DNA of 64,000 nt, from positions 23,959-87,958 of the forward strand of contig MFPR01000037.1 in NCBI GenBank assembly GCA_001784175.1, given 5' to 3'. Under the pieces are notes generated by a model, which worked only from the letters and a program-made list of their open reading frames with translations, was not told the DNA's origin and did not search any database. Of this stretch, positions 1 through 9,931 are shown piece after piece. Source of the stretch: Candidatus Lindowbacteria bacterium RIFCSPLOWO2_12_FULL_62_27 (lineage in GTDB: Bacteria; Lindowbacteria; 2-12-FULL-62-27). Every line of letters starts with the position of its first letter. The stretch's first letter is position 1. Both the position numbers and the translations under genes were made by a program.

Positions 1-1396
1 CCGGCTCATCGACGAGGGGCAGGTAAATGGAAAACAACGTTCCCTTGCCGGGCGCGCTTTCCACGGAAATCGCACCGCCGCTCTGCTTGACGATCCCGTA
101 TACTGTGGAGAGCCCCAGCCCCGTTCCCGTGCCGGGGTGTTTCGTGGTGAAGAACGGCTCAAACAGATGCTCGAGAACATGCTCATCCATGCCGGTTCCG
201 GTGTCCTGGACGGTGAGGACGGCGTAGGCCGCCGGCGCCAGGGTGTCGTCCCGGAGGCACAGGGGCGAGTCGATGCGGCGCGCGCGCGACTGGATCGTCA
301 GTTTCCCTCCGGCCGTCATGGCGTCGCGGGCGTTGACGGCGAGATTCATGACGACCTGCTCAAACGACACAGGATCGATCCGGATCAGCCCCATGCCCGG
401 TTCCAGATCTAGCCTCAGCGCGATGTCCTCGCCGATCAGCCGGCCGAGGAGCCTTTCCATGTCGCGGATCAGCCCGTTCAGGTCGAGCACGACCGGCGTG
501 AGGACCTGCCGGCGCGTGAAGGCAAGGAGCTTGCGGATGAGTTCGGCGCCGTGGAGGGATGCCTTGCGGATTTCATCGATGTCCCGGATCCGCGGGTCGT
601 CCGGCGACATGGTTTTCCGGAGCAGCTCGCAGTAGCTGATGATGGCGGTAAGCAGGTTGTTGAAATCATGTGCGACCCCGCCCGCGAGCCGTCCGACCGC
701 CTCCATCTTCTGCGCCTGCAGGAGCTGTTCGCGGACTTTCTGCAATTCCTCCTCCTTCCGTTTCATGTCCGTGACATCCTGGAAGATGCAATGGAATAAC
801 GTCCGCCCGTCCAGCCGGATCGCATTCGCTTTCACGATCACGTCCCGCATCTCCCCCGTCTTGGTCCGGTGCCGGGTTCGGAACAAGTCCTGGCCCTGCA
901 GGACAATTCTGTCGACATGGCGGACCGTTTCGTCCGGCGTTTCAGCGGCCTCGAAGTCGGAGATTTTCAGCTGCGAGAATTCCTCCCGCGTGTATCCGAG
1001 CTGTTGGCATGCGGCGTCGTTGAAGAGAACGAGCCGGTGCGTTTCCGCGTCGATCAGGAGGACGCCCGCCTGTGACTGCTCGAACAGCGTCCGGTACTTG
1101 AGTTCGGTTTCCTGCATGTCCCTCAGGAGTTCGGCGTTTCGGCTGATTTCCTTGCGCATCGGACGAAAGACGAACCCGTACAGCACGGGGAACATCGTCA
1201 CGGTCAGAATCAGGCTGGTCAGGATGCCGTGGGCCTGCGGCGCCATGCCGGTGACAATGGTGTGGAAAATGTACTGGATGGCGCCCATGAACAGGAACGT
1301 GCTCGCGGTGAGGACCACGAGCAGGCAGAGAGGCGAGCGCGGGAATTCCGACCTGCCCGGCCAGCACATCCGCCACCCGGTGCGCGCCGGCTTCAT
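1..1396 (-). CDS. PAS-domain sensor histidine kinase (C-terminus runs off the window start)
   Basis: Absent from the ORF track because it is open at the window edge. My reverse-strand translation from ATG 1396 gives MKPARTGW..., hydrophobic N-terminal segments, a PAS-like segment (YRTLFEQSQAGVLLID), the H-box AGGVAHDFNNLL, and N/G boxes (NLAVNARDAM, DTGTGMD, GTGLGLSTVYGIV). The ATG overlaps the upstream gene's stop (ATGA). Confidence 0.85.
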   Translation of the reverse strand, partial: MKPARTGWRMCWPGRSEFPRSPLCLLVVLTASTFLFMGAIQYIFHTIVTGMAPQAHGILTSLILTVTMFPVLYGFVFRPMRKEISRNAELLRDMQETELKYRTLFEQSQAGVLLIDAETHRLVLFNDAACQQLGYTREEFSQLKISDFEAAETPDETVRHVDRIVLQGQDLFRTRHRTKTGEMRDVIVKANAIRLDGRTLFHCIFQDVTDMKRKEEELQKVREQLLQAQKMEAVGRLAGGVAHDFNNLLTAIISYCELLRKTMSPDDPRIRDIDEIRKASLHGAELIRKLLAFTRRQVLTPVVLDLNGLIRDMERLLGRLIGEDIALRLDLEPGMGLIRIDPVSFEQVVMNLAVNARDAMTAGGKLTIQSRARRIDSPLCLRDDTLAPAAYAVLTVQDTGTGMDEHVLEHLFEPFFTTKHPGTGTGLGLSTVYGIVKQSGGAISVESAPGKGTLFSIYLPLVDEP

Positions 1397-2874
1397 ACGA
1401 ACCACCGTTCCGTGATCTTCTTGTCCCGCGTCCAGAATCGGACGGCGGCGCTGCCGGTGATGTCGCCGGCGCCGAAGGCCGACCGGTTCCATCCGCCGAA
1501 GGCGTAGGGGTCGCGCGGGACCGGGACGCCGACGTTGACGCCGATCATGCCGGCGCTGGCGCGCCGCGCGAAGGTCCGCGCGGCGGCGCCGCTGGAGGTG
1601 AAGATCGACGCGCCGTTGCCGTAGAGGTTTCGGGTCTGGATTTCAATCGCCTCGTCGAGCGTGCGCGCGCGGATGACGGCAAGGACAGGGCCGAAGATTT
1701 CCTGCTGTGCGATGGCCATGTCGGGTCCCACGTCGTCGAACATCGTGGCGCCCATGAAGAGTCCGTCCGGATAGTCCGCCGACCGTTTCGGCCTCCCGTC
1801 GAGGGCGAGTTTCGCCCGCTCCTGAACGCCGCGCCCGATGAAAAACAGGACGCGGTCATACAACTCTTGCGACGTGAGCGGGCCCATGTCGTACTTGTCC
1901 GGGTAGAGTCCGTGTCCGAGCCGAAGCGCCTCCGCTCGGTCGTAAACGGCCTTGAAGAAGCGGTCCTGATCGGGCCGGTCGCCCACGAGGATCAGGACGG
2001 CGGCGGCCATGCAGCGCTGGCCGGTGCATCCGAAGGCGGAGTTGATGACGGCGTCGGCGGTCCGGGCGAGGTCGGCGTCCGGCATGACGACCAGGTGGTT
2101 CTTGGCGCCGCCCATCGACAGGACCCGTTTCCCGGCGGCGGCGCACCGCATGTAGATTTGTTCGGCCACGGCGCTCGACCCGACAAAGGAGATCGCCTTG
2201 ACGCGCGCGTCGCCGATCAGCCCGTCCATGACGCCTTTGGCGCCGTGCACAAGGTTGACCACGCCGGGCGGCAGGCCCGTTTCATGCAGAAGCTCCACGA
2301 GCCGGACGGCCGTCATCGGCGCTTGATCGGAGGGTTTGAGGATGAAGGTATTTCCGCAGGCGATCGACACCGGCAGCATCCAGAGCGGGATCATGGCCGG
2401 GAAATTGTAGGGTGTCGCGCCGGCCGTCACTCCCAGCGGCTCGCGGACCATGCGAACGTCGACCGACGTGGCGGCGTCCCAGAGCGCTTCGCCGCGCAGA
2501 AGGTCCGTCATGCCGGTCGAAAATTCGACGACTTCCTTGCCGCGCTGGATGTCGCCTTTGGCGTCGGCCCACATCTTGCCGTGTTCGCGGACGAGGATTT
2601 CGGTCAGCTCGTCCATGTGCTCGCCGATGAGGGCGTTGAATTTGAAAAGATACTGGACCCGGTCCTTGACGCTGGTGCGCGACCATTCCGGGAATGCGTG
2701 GCTCGCGGCGTCGACCGCCTTGTGAACCTCCTCCGGCGTCGCGGCCGGGCATTCGGTCAAAAGATCGCCCGTGGCCGGGTCGACGATTTTTCTCCGGTCA
2801 AACGATGCGGACGGTTCCCAGTTTCCGCCGATGAAGTTCCGGCAGGGTTTGACGGCATGTGCGATTGTTTTCAT
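1393..2874 (-). CDS. mmsA: Aldehyde dehydrogenase, methylmalonate-semialdehyde dehydrogenase (CoA-acylating)-like
   Basis: 493-aa ORF with ALDH signatures (ACGNTFILKPS, GQRCMA, EIFGPVL). The C-terminus GVNVGVPVPRDPYAFGGWNRSAFG is MmsA/IolA-type. Confidence 0.8.
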   Translation of the reverse strand: MKTIAHAVKPCRNFIGGNWEPSASFDRRKIVDPATGDLLTECPAATPEEVHKAVDAASHAFPEWSRTSVKDRVQYLFKFNALIGEHMDELTEILVREHGKMWADAKGDIQRGKEVVEFSTGMTDLLRGEALWDAATSVDVRMVREPLGVTAGATPYNFPAMIPLWMLPVSIACGNTFILKPSDQAPMTAVRLVELLHETGLPPGVVNLVHGAKGVMDGLIGDARVKAISFVGSSAVAEQIYMRCAAAGKRVLSMGGAKNHLVVMPDADLARTADAVINSAFGCTGQRCMAAAVLILVGDRPDQDRFFKAVYDRAEALRLGHGLYPDKYDMGPLTSQELYDRVLFFIGRGVQERAKLALDGRPKRSADYPDGLFMGATMFDDVGPDMAIAQQEIFGPVLAVIRARTLDEAIEIQTRNLYGNGASIFTSSGAAARTFARRASAGMIGVNVGVPVPRDPYAFGGWNRSAFGAGDITGSAAVRFWTRDKKITERWFV

Positions 2875-2887
2875 GGACGTTCCTCCT

Positions 2888-3904
2888 TCAACAGATTCTG
2901 GGCAGCGGGTCGCCGTCGAGCATGAGCAGACGGCGCGCGCCGCCGATGGGTGTTCTCATGACCACCCCGGCTTCACCCTTCAATACCGTTCCGATCCGGA
3001 CGGCCTCCCGGCCGCGCGGGTGGTCCCGCATGGCCCGCAGGACGCCGCTTGCGTATGTCTCATCAACCATGGCCACCAGTTTCCCCTCGTTGGCGACGTA
3101 GAGCGGGTCGAGTCCGAGCATCTGGCAGCCGGCGAGGACGCTGTTGCGAACCGGAACGGCGGTTTCCTCGATTTCGATGAGGACGCCGGATGCGCGGCTG
3201 ATTTCGTTGAGGGCCGTCGCGAGGCCGCCGCGGGTCAGATCGCGCAGGACACGGACGGAACTGTGGACGCTCAGCATGTTTTCCACGAGGCCGTTCAACG
3301 GCGCGGCGTCGCTGCGCAGATCGCCCTCGAATCCCAGTCCTTCCCGCGCGTTCATCACCGTGATGCCGTGGTCGCCCAGCGTGCCGCTCACCAGCACCGC
3401 GTCTCCCACCCGCGCGTTGCGGCCCGACAGGGAAAGACCGTAGGGAATCATCCCGACGCCGGAGGTGACGATGTAGAGCCCGCTCGCGGCGCCGCGCTCG
3501 ACGACCTTGGTGTCGCCCGTGACGAGTTCCACGCCGGCCTCTTTTGCGGCGTCTGCCATCGAATCGACGATGCGGTTCAGGGTTTCCCTTTCAAGCCCCT
3601 CCTCCAGGATGAGCGCGACCGAGAGGCCGAGGGGCCGGGCGCCGAGCATGGCCAGATCGTTGACCGTGCCGCAGACCGCGATGCGGCCGATGTCGCCGCC
3701 GGGAAACTCGATGGGCTTGACGACGTAGCCGTCGGTGGTGAAGGCGATTCTGCAATCGTCGGGCAATTTGAGTTCGGCCGAATCGTCGAGCGCCGCCAGC
3801 GGCTTGTTGTCAAACCGGCGGACAAACAGCGATTCGATCAACTCGTGGGTGAGCCGCCCGCCCGCGCCGTGCGCGAGGAGGATCCGGCCGTTGGCTTCAT
3901 TCAT
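2888..3904 (-). CDS. hypE: Hydrogenase maturation protein HypE
   Basis: Ends ...DGDPLPRIC, the HypE C-terminal PRIC motif. Start trimmed to ATG 3904 (MNEANGRILLAHGAGG), which forms an ATGA overlap with the hypD stop. Confidence 0.9.
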   Translation of the reverse strand: MNEANGRILLAHGAGGRLTHELIESLFVRRFDNKPLAALDDSAELKLPDDCRIAFTTDGYVVKPIEFPGGDIGRIAVCGTVNDLAMLGARPLGLSVALILEEGLERETLNRIVDSMADAAKEAGVELVTGDTKVVERGAASGLYIVTSGVGMIPYGLSLSGRNARVGDAVLVSGTLGDHGITVMNAREGLGFEGDLRSDAAPLNGLVENMLSVHSSVRVLRDLTRGGLATALNEISRASGVLIEIEETAVPVRNSVLAGCQMLGLDPLYVANEGKLVAMVDETYASGVLRAMRDHPRGREAVRIGTVLKGEAGVVMRTPIGGARRLLMLDGDPLPRIC

Positions 3905-5058
3905 GATCGGACCGCCACCTCCTGCCGCCGCCGGGATTTCTTCCAACGGGACGTTTCGGTCAATCCATATTTGTACGCGGCTGCGCACGCGCCCTCGGAC
4001 GAAACCATGCACGGGCCCACCGCCGTCTCCGGCGTGCAGGCCGCGCCGAAGAGGGGGCAGTCGGCCGGAAGGATCCGGCCCATCAGAATCGCGCCGCAGA
4101 GACAGCCTTTGGGTTCCGGAGGATCATGTGCGGGCATCCCCGGAAATTTTCTGACGGCATTGAACGCGTCGTATTCCGGCCGGAAGGCGAGCCCGGAGTC
4201 GGGGATCGCGCCCACGGCCCGCCACACGGCCTCGGCCGGGAGAAAAAATTCCTTGAGGATTCGCAGGGCGGCCGGGTTTCCTCCGGCGGGCACGCCGCGC
4301 GTGTATTGAATATCGATGGCCGCCTTTTCTTGACGGCAGAGCCGGAGGAGCATCGGGAGAGCCTCCAGAAGATCGAACGGCTCGAATCCCGCGATGATCC
4401 CGGGGACGCCGAACTCGTCGGCGACGAACCGGTACGGATCAAGTCCGATGATGGCGCTGACGTGGCCGGGCAGAATGAACCCGTCGATGTGATGGTCCCT
4501 GCGGGCCAGAATCGCGCGGAGGGCCGGCGGCACGAGCTTGAACAGAGGGAACACGGAAAAATTCCGGATGCCTTCCCGCGCCGCCGCCCGCACGGTCGCC
4601 GCCACCAGCGGCGCGGTGGTTTCGAAACCCACGCCGAGAAAAATAAATTCTCTTTGCGGATCTCCCCGGGCCAACTCCAGCGCGTCGGCGGGCGAGTAGG
4701 CCATCCGCACGTCCGCGCCGAGCGCCCGCGCATCGGAGAGGCTTCCGGCGCTGCCCGGAACCTTCATCATGTCGCCGAACGTGACGAGCGTTACGCCGGG
4801 CTGCCGGGCGAACCATACGGCCCGGTCCACATCCCCGGGCGTGGTGACGCACACCGGACAGCCGGGGCCGGACAGAAGGCGGACGGTGTCGGGCAGCATC
4901 CCGCGCAGGCCGGAGGCCGCGAAGGACATCGTGTGCGTGCCGCAGACCTCCATGATCTGCACCGCGTCCCGGCCGGTCCGCCGGCAGATTTCAGCCGACC
5001 TCCGCACGATCTCGTCGAGCGTCGCGCGGACCGACTCGATCGCGCCTGCCGGAATCAT
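3901..5058 (-). CDS. hypD: Hydrogenase maturation protein HypD
   Basis: 385 aa with EVCGTHTM, GPGCPVCV and the C-terminal CTPETAVGPCMVSSEGAC. ATGA overlap with the hypC stop. Confidence 0.9.
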   Translation of the reverse strand: MIPAGAIESVRATLDEIVRRSAEICRRTGRDAVQIMEVCGTHTMSFAASGLRGMLPDTVRLLSGPGCPVCVTTPGDVDRAVWFARQPGVTLVTFGDMMKVPGSAGSLSDARALGADVRMAYSPADALELARGDPQREFIFLGVGFETTAPLVAATVRAAAREGIRNFSVFPLFKLVPPALRAILARRDHHIDGFILPGHVSAIIGLDPYRFVADEFGVPGIIAGFEPFDLLEALPMLLRLCRQEKAAIDIQYTRGVPAGGNPAALRILKEFFLPAEAVWRAVGAIPDSGLAFRPEYDAFNAVRKFPGMPAHDPPEPKGCLCGAILMGRILPADCPLFGAACTPETAVGPCMVSSEGACAAAYKYGLTETSRWKKSRRRQEVAVRS

Positions 5059-5261
5059 CGGGCGATCAGCCTCTCCGCGATTTCAGGCTCCATCGAAAGA
5101 TCGACGGTCTGGATCGCAAAGCCCGCGTGGATCAGCACGACATCGCCGACCTCCGCGTCCGGCAAAAGGTCCAGCGCGACGGCGCGGACCAAGCCCCCAA
5201 AATCGGCGCGACCCATCGTTCCGGTCCGCTCAATGATCCGACCCGGTATGGCCAGACACAT
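5055..5261 (-). CDS. hypC: Hydrogenase assembly chaperone HypC/HupF
   Basis: 68 aa starting MCLAIPG, the conserved N-terminal Cys motif. Confidence 0.9.
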   Translation of the reverse strand: MCLAIPGRIIERTGTMGRADFGGLVRAVALDLLPDAEVGDVVLIHAGFAIQTVDLSMEPEIAERLIAR

Positions 5262-5267
5262 GCGCGG

Positions 5268-7598
5268 TCACCTCCCGTCAGAAATACGGCGGCGCGCGAC
5301 CCAGGCCTGGCCGAGCGCGATGCCGCCGTCGTTGGCCGGAATTTTTTCCGGCGCGTACAACTCCAGTTGCGCGTCCATCAAGGCGCGGTCGAAAAGTTCC
5401 AGAAACCGCATGTTTTGAAATACCCCGCCGCCGGCGACCACCGGGGCTGAACGCAGATTCCACTCTTGCGCCAGTGTCTCGCACATCCGCGCGGCTCCGG
5501 CCGCCAGTCCGCGATGGAAGCGGGTCGAGATCACCACCGGCCCCAGGTTCCGTTGACGGTCGGCCACCGCCGCGCGGATGGCCGGCCGGGGATCGAGGAC
5601 GAATCCGGACGGAAGGTGTTTGACTCGAAACTCGTATTCTCCGAGTACGCTGTCGCTGTACATGTCTTCCAGCTCCATGGCGCCCTGCGCCTCATACGTG
5701 ACGGACGCTCGAAGTCCGGCGATCGCCGCCACGGCGTCGAAGAGCCGGCCGGCGCTGGACGTCGTGAAGGTCAGGCCGGGCCGGCGCGCGATGCGGGACA
5801 TGGAATCGAGCGTCCTCGACGGGACCGCCGGAAAAAGGTTCCGAGCCGCTGACAGAGCCTCCTCCGGGCCGAGCGATACCATGAGCCACGAAAGCGCCAT
5901 CCGCCAGATTTCCTCGACCGCCCGGTCTCCTCCCGGCTGTGGGACAGGCAACAAGTGTCCGAGCCGTTCGAACCGGTCGCCATCGATCCGAAGAAACTCG
6001 CCGCCCCACAGCGTCCCGTCCGTTCCGAGTCCCACGCCGTCGAAGGCGACGCCCAGGACCGGCGGCTCCAGGCCGTGTTCGGCCATCGTCGCGGCGATGT
6101 GCGCGTGATGGTGCTGCACGGTAAGAACGGCGCTTTCGGGAAGACCCCACGCGGCGGCCAGCGCCGTCGCTTTGCGCGAGGACACCATGTCCGGATGGAG
6201 ATCCCTCGCCACACAGGCGGGTCGCACGTTGAGAAATCCAATCAGCCGCTCGACGGCCTCGTCATAAAACGAGCCGTTGGCCGTTCCCGCAAGATCGCCG
6301 ATATACTGCGTCAGAAACGCCTCGTCCCCGCGCGTCACGCAGCCGGAGCCCTTCAAATCGGTGCCTGCCGAAAAAATGCACGGGCCGGCCGCAGCCAGGC
6401 GTACCGGGTTCGGAACAAATCCCCGCGCGCGCCGGATCACGCGCGCGGTTCCGCCACTCAGCGCCACCACGCTGTCATCGCAGCGGTTGTGGATGGGGCG
6501 GTCGTGGATCAAAAATCCGTCCGCGATCCTGCCGAGCCGCTGCAGTCCCTCCTCGGGATCACGGCAGATCGGTTCTCCCGGCGGATTGCCCGAGGTCATG
6601 ACGAGAAGGTCCGGCCCTCCCCGCCGGCCGAGCGCATGAAACAGCGCGACATGCAGAGGCGTGTAGGCGAGCATGAGACCGATCTGGTCAAGTCCCGGCG
6701 CCAGCCACTCCAAAAAACGGGAGGCCGACGACAGCGTGACGACCGGCGCGGCTGTGGATGTCAAAAGTGTCTCCGCCTCCGCAGAGATTTCTGCGGCCTG
6801 TCGTGCCGATGCAAGGCCGGCGGTCATCACGGCAAGGGGTTTGTGCGGCCGTCTCTTACGGAGGCGCAGCGTTTCAACTGTATCTTTTCTGGCGGCGTCG
6901 CAGGCCAGGTGAAATCCGCCAAGCGACTGGATCGCCACAATTTCTCCTCTCACGAGCGCCTCGACTGCCGCGCCAAGCGCCTCTCTTCCGCGGCACGCCG
7001 GAGAACCGCGGGCCATCCACGACAGGCGGGGGCCGCAGGCGGGGCAGGCGTTGGGCTGGGCGTGGAATCGCCGGTCGGCCGGATTCTCGTATTCCGACCG
7101 GCACTCGGGGCACATCCGGAATTCGCGCATGGTCGTATTGGGCCGGTCGTAGGGCAGCGCGGATACGATGGTGAACCGCGGGCCGCAGTTCGTGCAATTC
7201 GTGAACGGGTAGAGATACCGCCGGTTGGAGGGCGTCCGCATCTCGGCCCGGCAGTCCCCGCAGACGGCCGCGTCCTCCGGCACCAGCGCCGCCGCCTCAC
7301 CCGCCGATTCCGTCCGGCTCGGAAGGATGGCGAACGGGCAGGGCAGATCGCCGGCCGGCGGCACGGACAGCACATGGAACCGCCGGATGGCGGACAGAAC
7401 CGGGAGGCGACCCCGCAGGCGGTCAACAAACGCCGCCACCGTCTCCGTCGGACCCTCCGCCTCGATCGTCGCGCCCTCCGGGCCGTTCGACACCCACCCC
7501 TCCAGCCCGATTTCCTGCGCATACCGGCATACGGCAGGCCGAAGGCCCACGCCTTGGACTTTTCCGGTTATCTCAATCCTTACCCGTCTCCTGCCCAT
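5268..7598 (-). CDS. hypF: Carbamoyltransferase HypF
   Basis: Acylphosphatase-like N-terminus (VQGVGLRPAV) and paired Cys zinc-finger motifs (CGDCRAE..CTNCGPRF; CPECRSEY..CPACGPRL). A YrdC/Kae1-like body follows. The 912-aa ORF was trimmed to ATG 7598 because the upstream part is Arg/Pro/Gly junk overlapping the next gene. Confidence 0.9.
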   Translation of the reverse strand: MGRRRVRIEITGKVQGVGLRPAVCRYAQEIGLEGWVSNGPEGATIEAEGPTETVAAFVDRLRGRLPVLSAIRRFHVLSVPPAGDLPCPFAILPSRTESAGEAAALVPEDAAVCGDCRAEMRTPSNRRYLYPFTNCTNCGPRFTIVSALPYDRPNTTMREFRMCPECRSEYENPADRRFHAQPNACPACGPRLSWMARGSPACRGREALGAAVEALVRGEIVAIQSLGGFHLACDAARKDTVETLRLRKRRPHKPLAVMTAGLASARQAAEISAEAETLLTSTAAPVVTLSSASRFLEWLAPGLDQIGLMLAYTPLHVALFHALGRRGGPDLLVMTSGNPPGEPICRDPEEGLQRLGRIADGFLIHDRPIHNRCDDSVVALSGGTARVIRRARGFVPNPVRLAAAGPCIFSAGTDLKGSGCVTRGDEAFLTQYIGDLAGTANGSFYDEAVERLIGFLNVRPACVARDLHPDMVSSRKATALAAAWGLPESAVLTVQHHHAHIAATMAEHGLEPPVLGVAFDGVGLGTDGTLWGGEFLRIDGDRFERLGHLLPVPQPGGDRAVEEIWRMALSWLMVSLGPEEALSAARNLFPAVPSRTLDSMSRIARRPGLTFTTSSAGRLFDAVAAIAGLRASVTYEAQGAMELEDMYSDSVLGEYEFRVKHLPSGFVLDPRPAIRAAVADRQRNLGPVVISTRFHRGLAAGAARMCETLAQEWNLRSAPVVAGGGVFQNMRFLELFDRALMDAQLELYAPEKIPANDGGIALGQAWVARRRISDGR

Positions 7599-7603
7599 TC
7601 GGT

Positions 7604-8086
7604 CTATCCTTTCGATTCGGAATTCTCGGGCGTCTGCCAGTCGTGAATATTCAAAAGCTGAAGGCGCGTGTGGCGAAGGCGTTTCGAAATGAGCTGGGCC
7701 ACGCGGCACATGAGTTTGTATCCGGACTGCGGCCGGGTCTTGAACAGCTTCGCCAGTTTCCTGCCTTCGACAATCAGCGCCTCTGACGGCTCGACGGCGA
7801 CGGCCGATGCGGTGTACCGGCGCGGCGGCACCATGGCCGACCAGGAAAAGGCTTGGCCGGGCTGGACCGTATAGACCAGCGCGTGCTGGCCCCGGACGCC
7901 GTTCATCATGATCACCACGCGGCCCTTCAGAAGCGTGTATAGATGCGTGGCCGGCCGCTCCTCCGCAAAGAGCGTTTCTCCTTTCGAGAACTCTCTGATC
8001 GAGCAAAGCTCCGCCAGCTCCTCGATTTCTTTGCGGTCAAAGTCCTCAAACAGCGCCATCTGGCGGACCAATTTCGTGTCAACCAT
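7604..8086 (-). CDS. Cyclic-nucleotide-binding domain protein (no HTH)
   Basis: 160 aa with a CAP-effector-domain-like pattern (FSKGETLFAEERPATHLYTLLKGRVV...RKLAKLF). No DNA-binding domain is visible. Confidence 0.7.
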   Translation of the reverse strand: MVDTKLVRQMALFEDFDRKEIEELAELCSIREFSKGETLFAEERPATHLYTLLKGRVVIMMNGVRGQHALVYTVQPGQAFSWSAMVPPRRYTASAVAVEPSEALIVEGRKLAKLFKTRPQSGYKLMCRVAQLISKRLRHTRLQLLNIHDWQTPENSESKG

Positions 8087-8615
8087 ATTGTTCCACCTCC
8101 TTCTTCCATGTTGACGCCCCCGCCTGAGCGTCCGACATCCCTGTCGGACGGTGGGCGGGAACGGCTGACTTCCATGTCGCCGCCGCCTCCCGCCGGACCG
8201 CCTCCAGGATGTGGGGCCATGCGGCTTTGAGTTCGGCGCTCAGCTCCGTCCCGGGCCGGACTCGCGCGGGCTGCACGCCCAGAATGCGCACGGCGCCGGC
8301 CGCCGGATAAAACTGCATGAATCGAAGAACCTCGACGATTCCGTGATCGTGCGCCGACCAGGCGCGGCGCGCCGTCAAAAGTTCGGGCCGGATCGGCGCG
8401 ACCTCGCCGGGCTGCCCGCCGAATCCGGCGGCGTCCACCACCAGGATCTCGTCGTAGGCGTCGAAATATTCCAGGAGCGCCAGCCCGCCCGTCCCGCCGT
8501 CCTCCACCGTCACGCCCAACTCCGCCTCCTCCGGTTTCAGCGCGCGCGCCACATGCACGCCGACGCCGTCGTCGCCCATGAGGAGGTTCCCGACGCCCAG
8601 GAGCAGCCGGCCCAT
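8079..8615 (-). CDS. NiFe hydrogenase maturation endopeptidase (HycI/HoxW/FrhD family)
   Basis: MGRLLLGVGNLLMGDDGVGVHVA motif. Start trimmed to ATG 8615, 2 nt downstream of the large-subunit stop. Confidence 0.85.
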   Translation of the reverse strand: MGRLLLGVGNLLMGDDGVGVHVARALKPEEAELGVTVEDGGTGGLALLEYFDAYDEILVVDAAGFGGQPGEVAPIRPELLTARRAWSAHDHGIVEVLRFMQFYPAAGAVRILGVQPARVRPGTELSAELKAAWPHILEAVRREAAATWKSAVPAHRPTGMSDAQAGASTWKKEVEQYG

Positions 8616-8617
8616 GG

Positions 8618-9931
8618 CTACTTCCTGAACTCCACGTTCAGCATATGCGTCGAACACGAAATGCACGGATCGTAGGCGCGCAGCAGCATCTCGCACTGCA
8701 GGCGCACCTCCGATTCCGGCCGGTCCAAAATCTGAGGCACCATTTCCCGGAGGTCCTGCTCGATCCGGGCAAGGTTCTGGCCCGTGGGGATGACGCAATT
8801 GGCGTGGGCGATATGCCCCAGGCCGTCCATTTCGTATTCGTGATAGAGCGTGCCGCGCGGGACCTCGACGGCGCCGACGCCGTGGCCGGACGTTTCCGGG
8901 ACCCGCGCCGGTTTTTCGTCCTTCAACCCAAGCGAGATCACCGATCGAACCGAGTCAGCGATCTCGTCCAGAAGGTGGACGCATTCGACGACCTGCGCCG
9001 CGTTGTTGCCGAAGGGATTGTCCTTCATCTGTTCGAGATCCAGCGCCGCGGCGGCCCGGCGGGCGCGCGGGGACAGGGTCTCGCGGCCGTTCAGGTTGTA
9101 CCGGGCGAGCGCGCCGACCGCGAAGGGTTTGTGGTGGAAGTGCGCGTGTTTGGCCGTTGAATGCCGCACGACCGACTCCTTGATCAGGCTGAGGTACTGG
9201 TCCGGGTCGACGGGTCCCAGCTTGCTCGATTCGATCCGCCCGCCGTAGAAGGAGTAACGGTCGGCCTGCCGAAGCGCCAGATACTCGGTGTCCCGTTTGA
9301 AATCCGGAAACCGGATGCCCTCGAACAGCTTCACCGTCTCGTCGATGTCCGCATCCGCCGCCGGCGCCGCCTTCAAGATCTCGCGGAGTTCCCCCTCGGC
9401 CGGAATTCGCGTGAACCCGCCGACCTTCATCGACACCGGGTGGATGTGCCGCCCGCCGATCACGGCCATGATCCGGTTCGCGAATTTCTTGAGCCTGAGC
9501 GCGCGCTGCACCACTTCGCCGTTCTTCTCCGCCAGCGGGATCACGCTGGGCGCCGAGAAGGCGTCCGGCGCCACCAGGAAGTACAGATGGAGAATGTGGC
9601 TCTGAAGAATCTCCGCGTGCAGCATGATCTGCCGAAGGAGGATTGTCTGGGCCGAAGGCTCGATGCCGTAGGCCGTCTCGACCGCCCTGATCGACGCCGT
9701 CGTGTGGCCGACCGAGCAGATCCCGCAGATGCGGGAGGTCAACTCCGGCGCGGCCGGCGCGTCCTGGCCCACCAGCATCGACTCGAAAAACCGCGGCGAC
9801 TCGACGATCTCCAGCCGCACCTCCTCCACAACGCCCTCCCGGATGTTCACGACGATGTTGCCGTGCCCTTCCACGCGCGCCACGTGCTCGATCGTCATCG
9901 TCCGGTCGGCGCCAAGCGGATGGTCATGCAT
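8618..9931 (-). CDS. NiFe hydrogenase large (alpha) subunit, group 3b-like
   Basis: 437 aa with the N-terminal Ni-binding motif RICGICSVGH and the C-terminal DPCISCSTH followed by a short extension. Size and operon order match sulfhydrogenase-type enzymes. Confidence 0.9.
   Translation of the reverse strand: MHDHPLGADRTMTIEHVARVEGHGNIVVNIREGVVEEVRLEIVESPRFFESMLVGQDAPAAPELTSRICGICSVGHTTASIRAVETAYGIEPSAQTILLRQIMLHAEILQSHILHLYFLVAPDAFSAPSVIPLAEKNGEVVQRALRLKKFANRIMAVIGGRHIHPVSMKVGGFTRIPAEGELREILKAAPAADADIDETVKLFEGIRFPDFKRDTEYLALRQADRYSFYGGRIESSKLGPVDPDQYLSLIKESVVRHSTAKHAHFHHKPFAVGALARYNLNGRETLSPRARRAAAALDLEQMKDNPFGNNAAQVVECVHLLDEIADSVRSVISLGLKDEKPARVPETSGHGVGAVEVPRGTLYHEYEMDGLGHIAHANCVIPTGQNLARIEQDLREMVPQILDRPESEVRLQCEMLLRAYDPCISCSTHMLNVEFRK

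Noticed and set aside
7599-8006. N-terminal extensions of the track ORFs. Examples: hypF as 912 aa, the OFOR alpha-beta as 900 aa from 15093, hom from 37689, thrC from 38984, gatA from 30398, the 5'-nucleotidase from 34553, and the large protein from 40165.
   Set aside because: The extended parts overlap the preceding real gene and translate to junk. Internal starts give canonical N-termini and often ATGA or short-gap junctions, so the coordinates were trimmed.
8618-9931. Possible NiFeSe hydrogenase or selenocysteine recoding.
   Set aside because: The large-subunit frame is uninterrupted, and the C-terminal motif is DPCISCSTH with ordinary Cys codons. There is no in-frame TGA.
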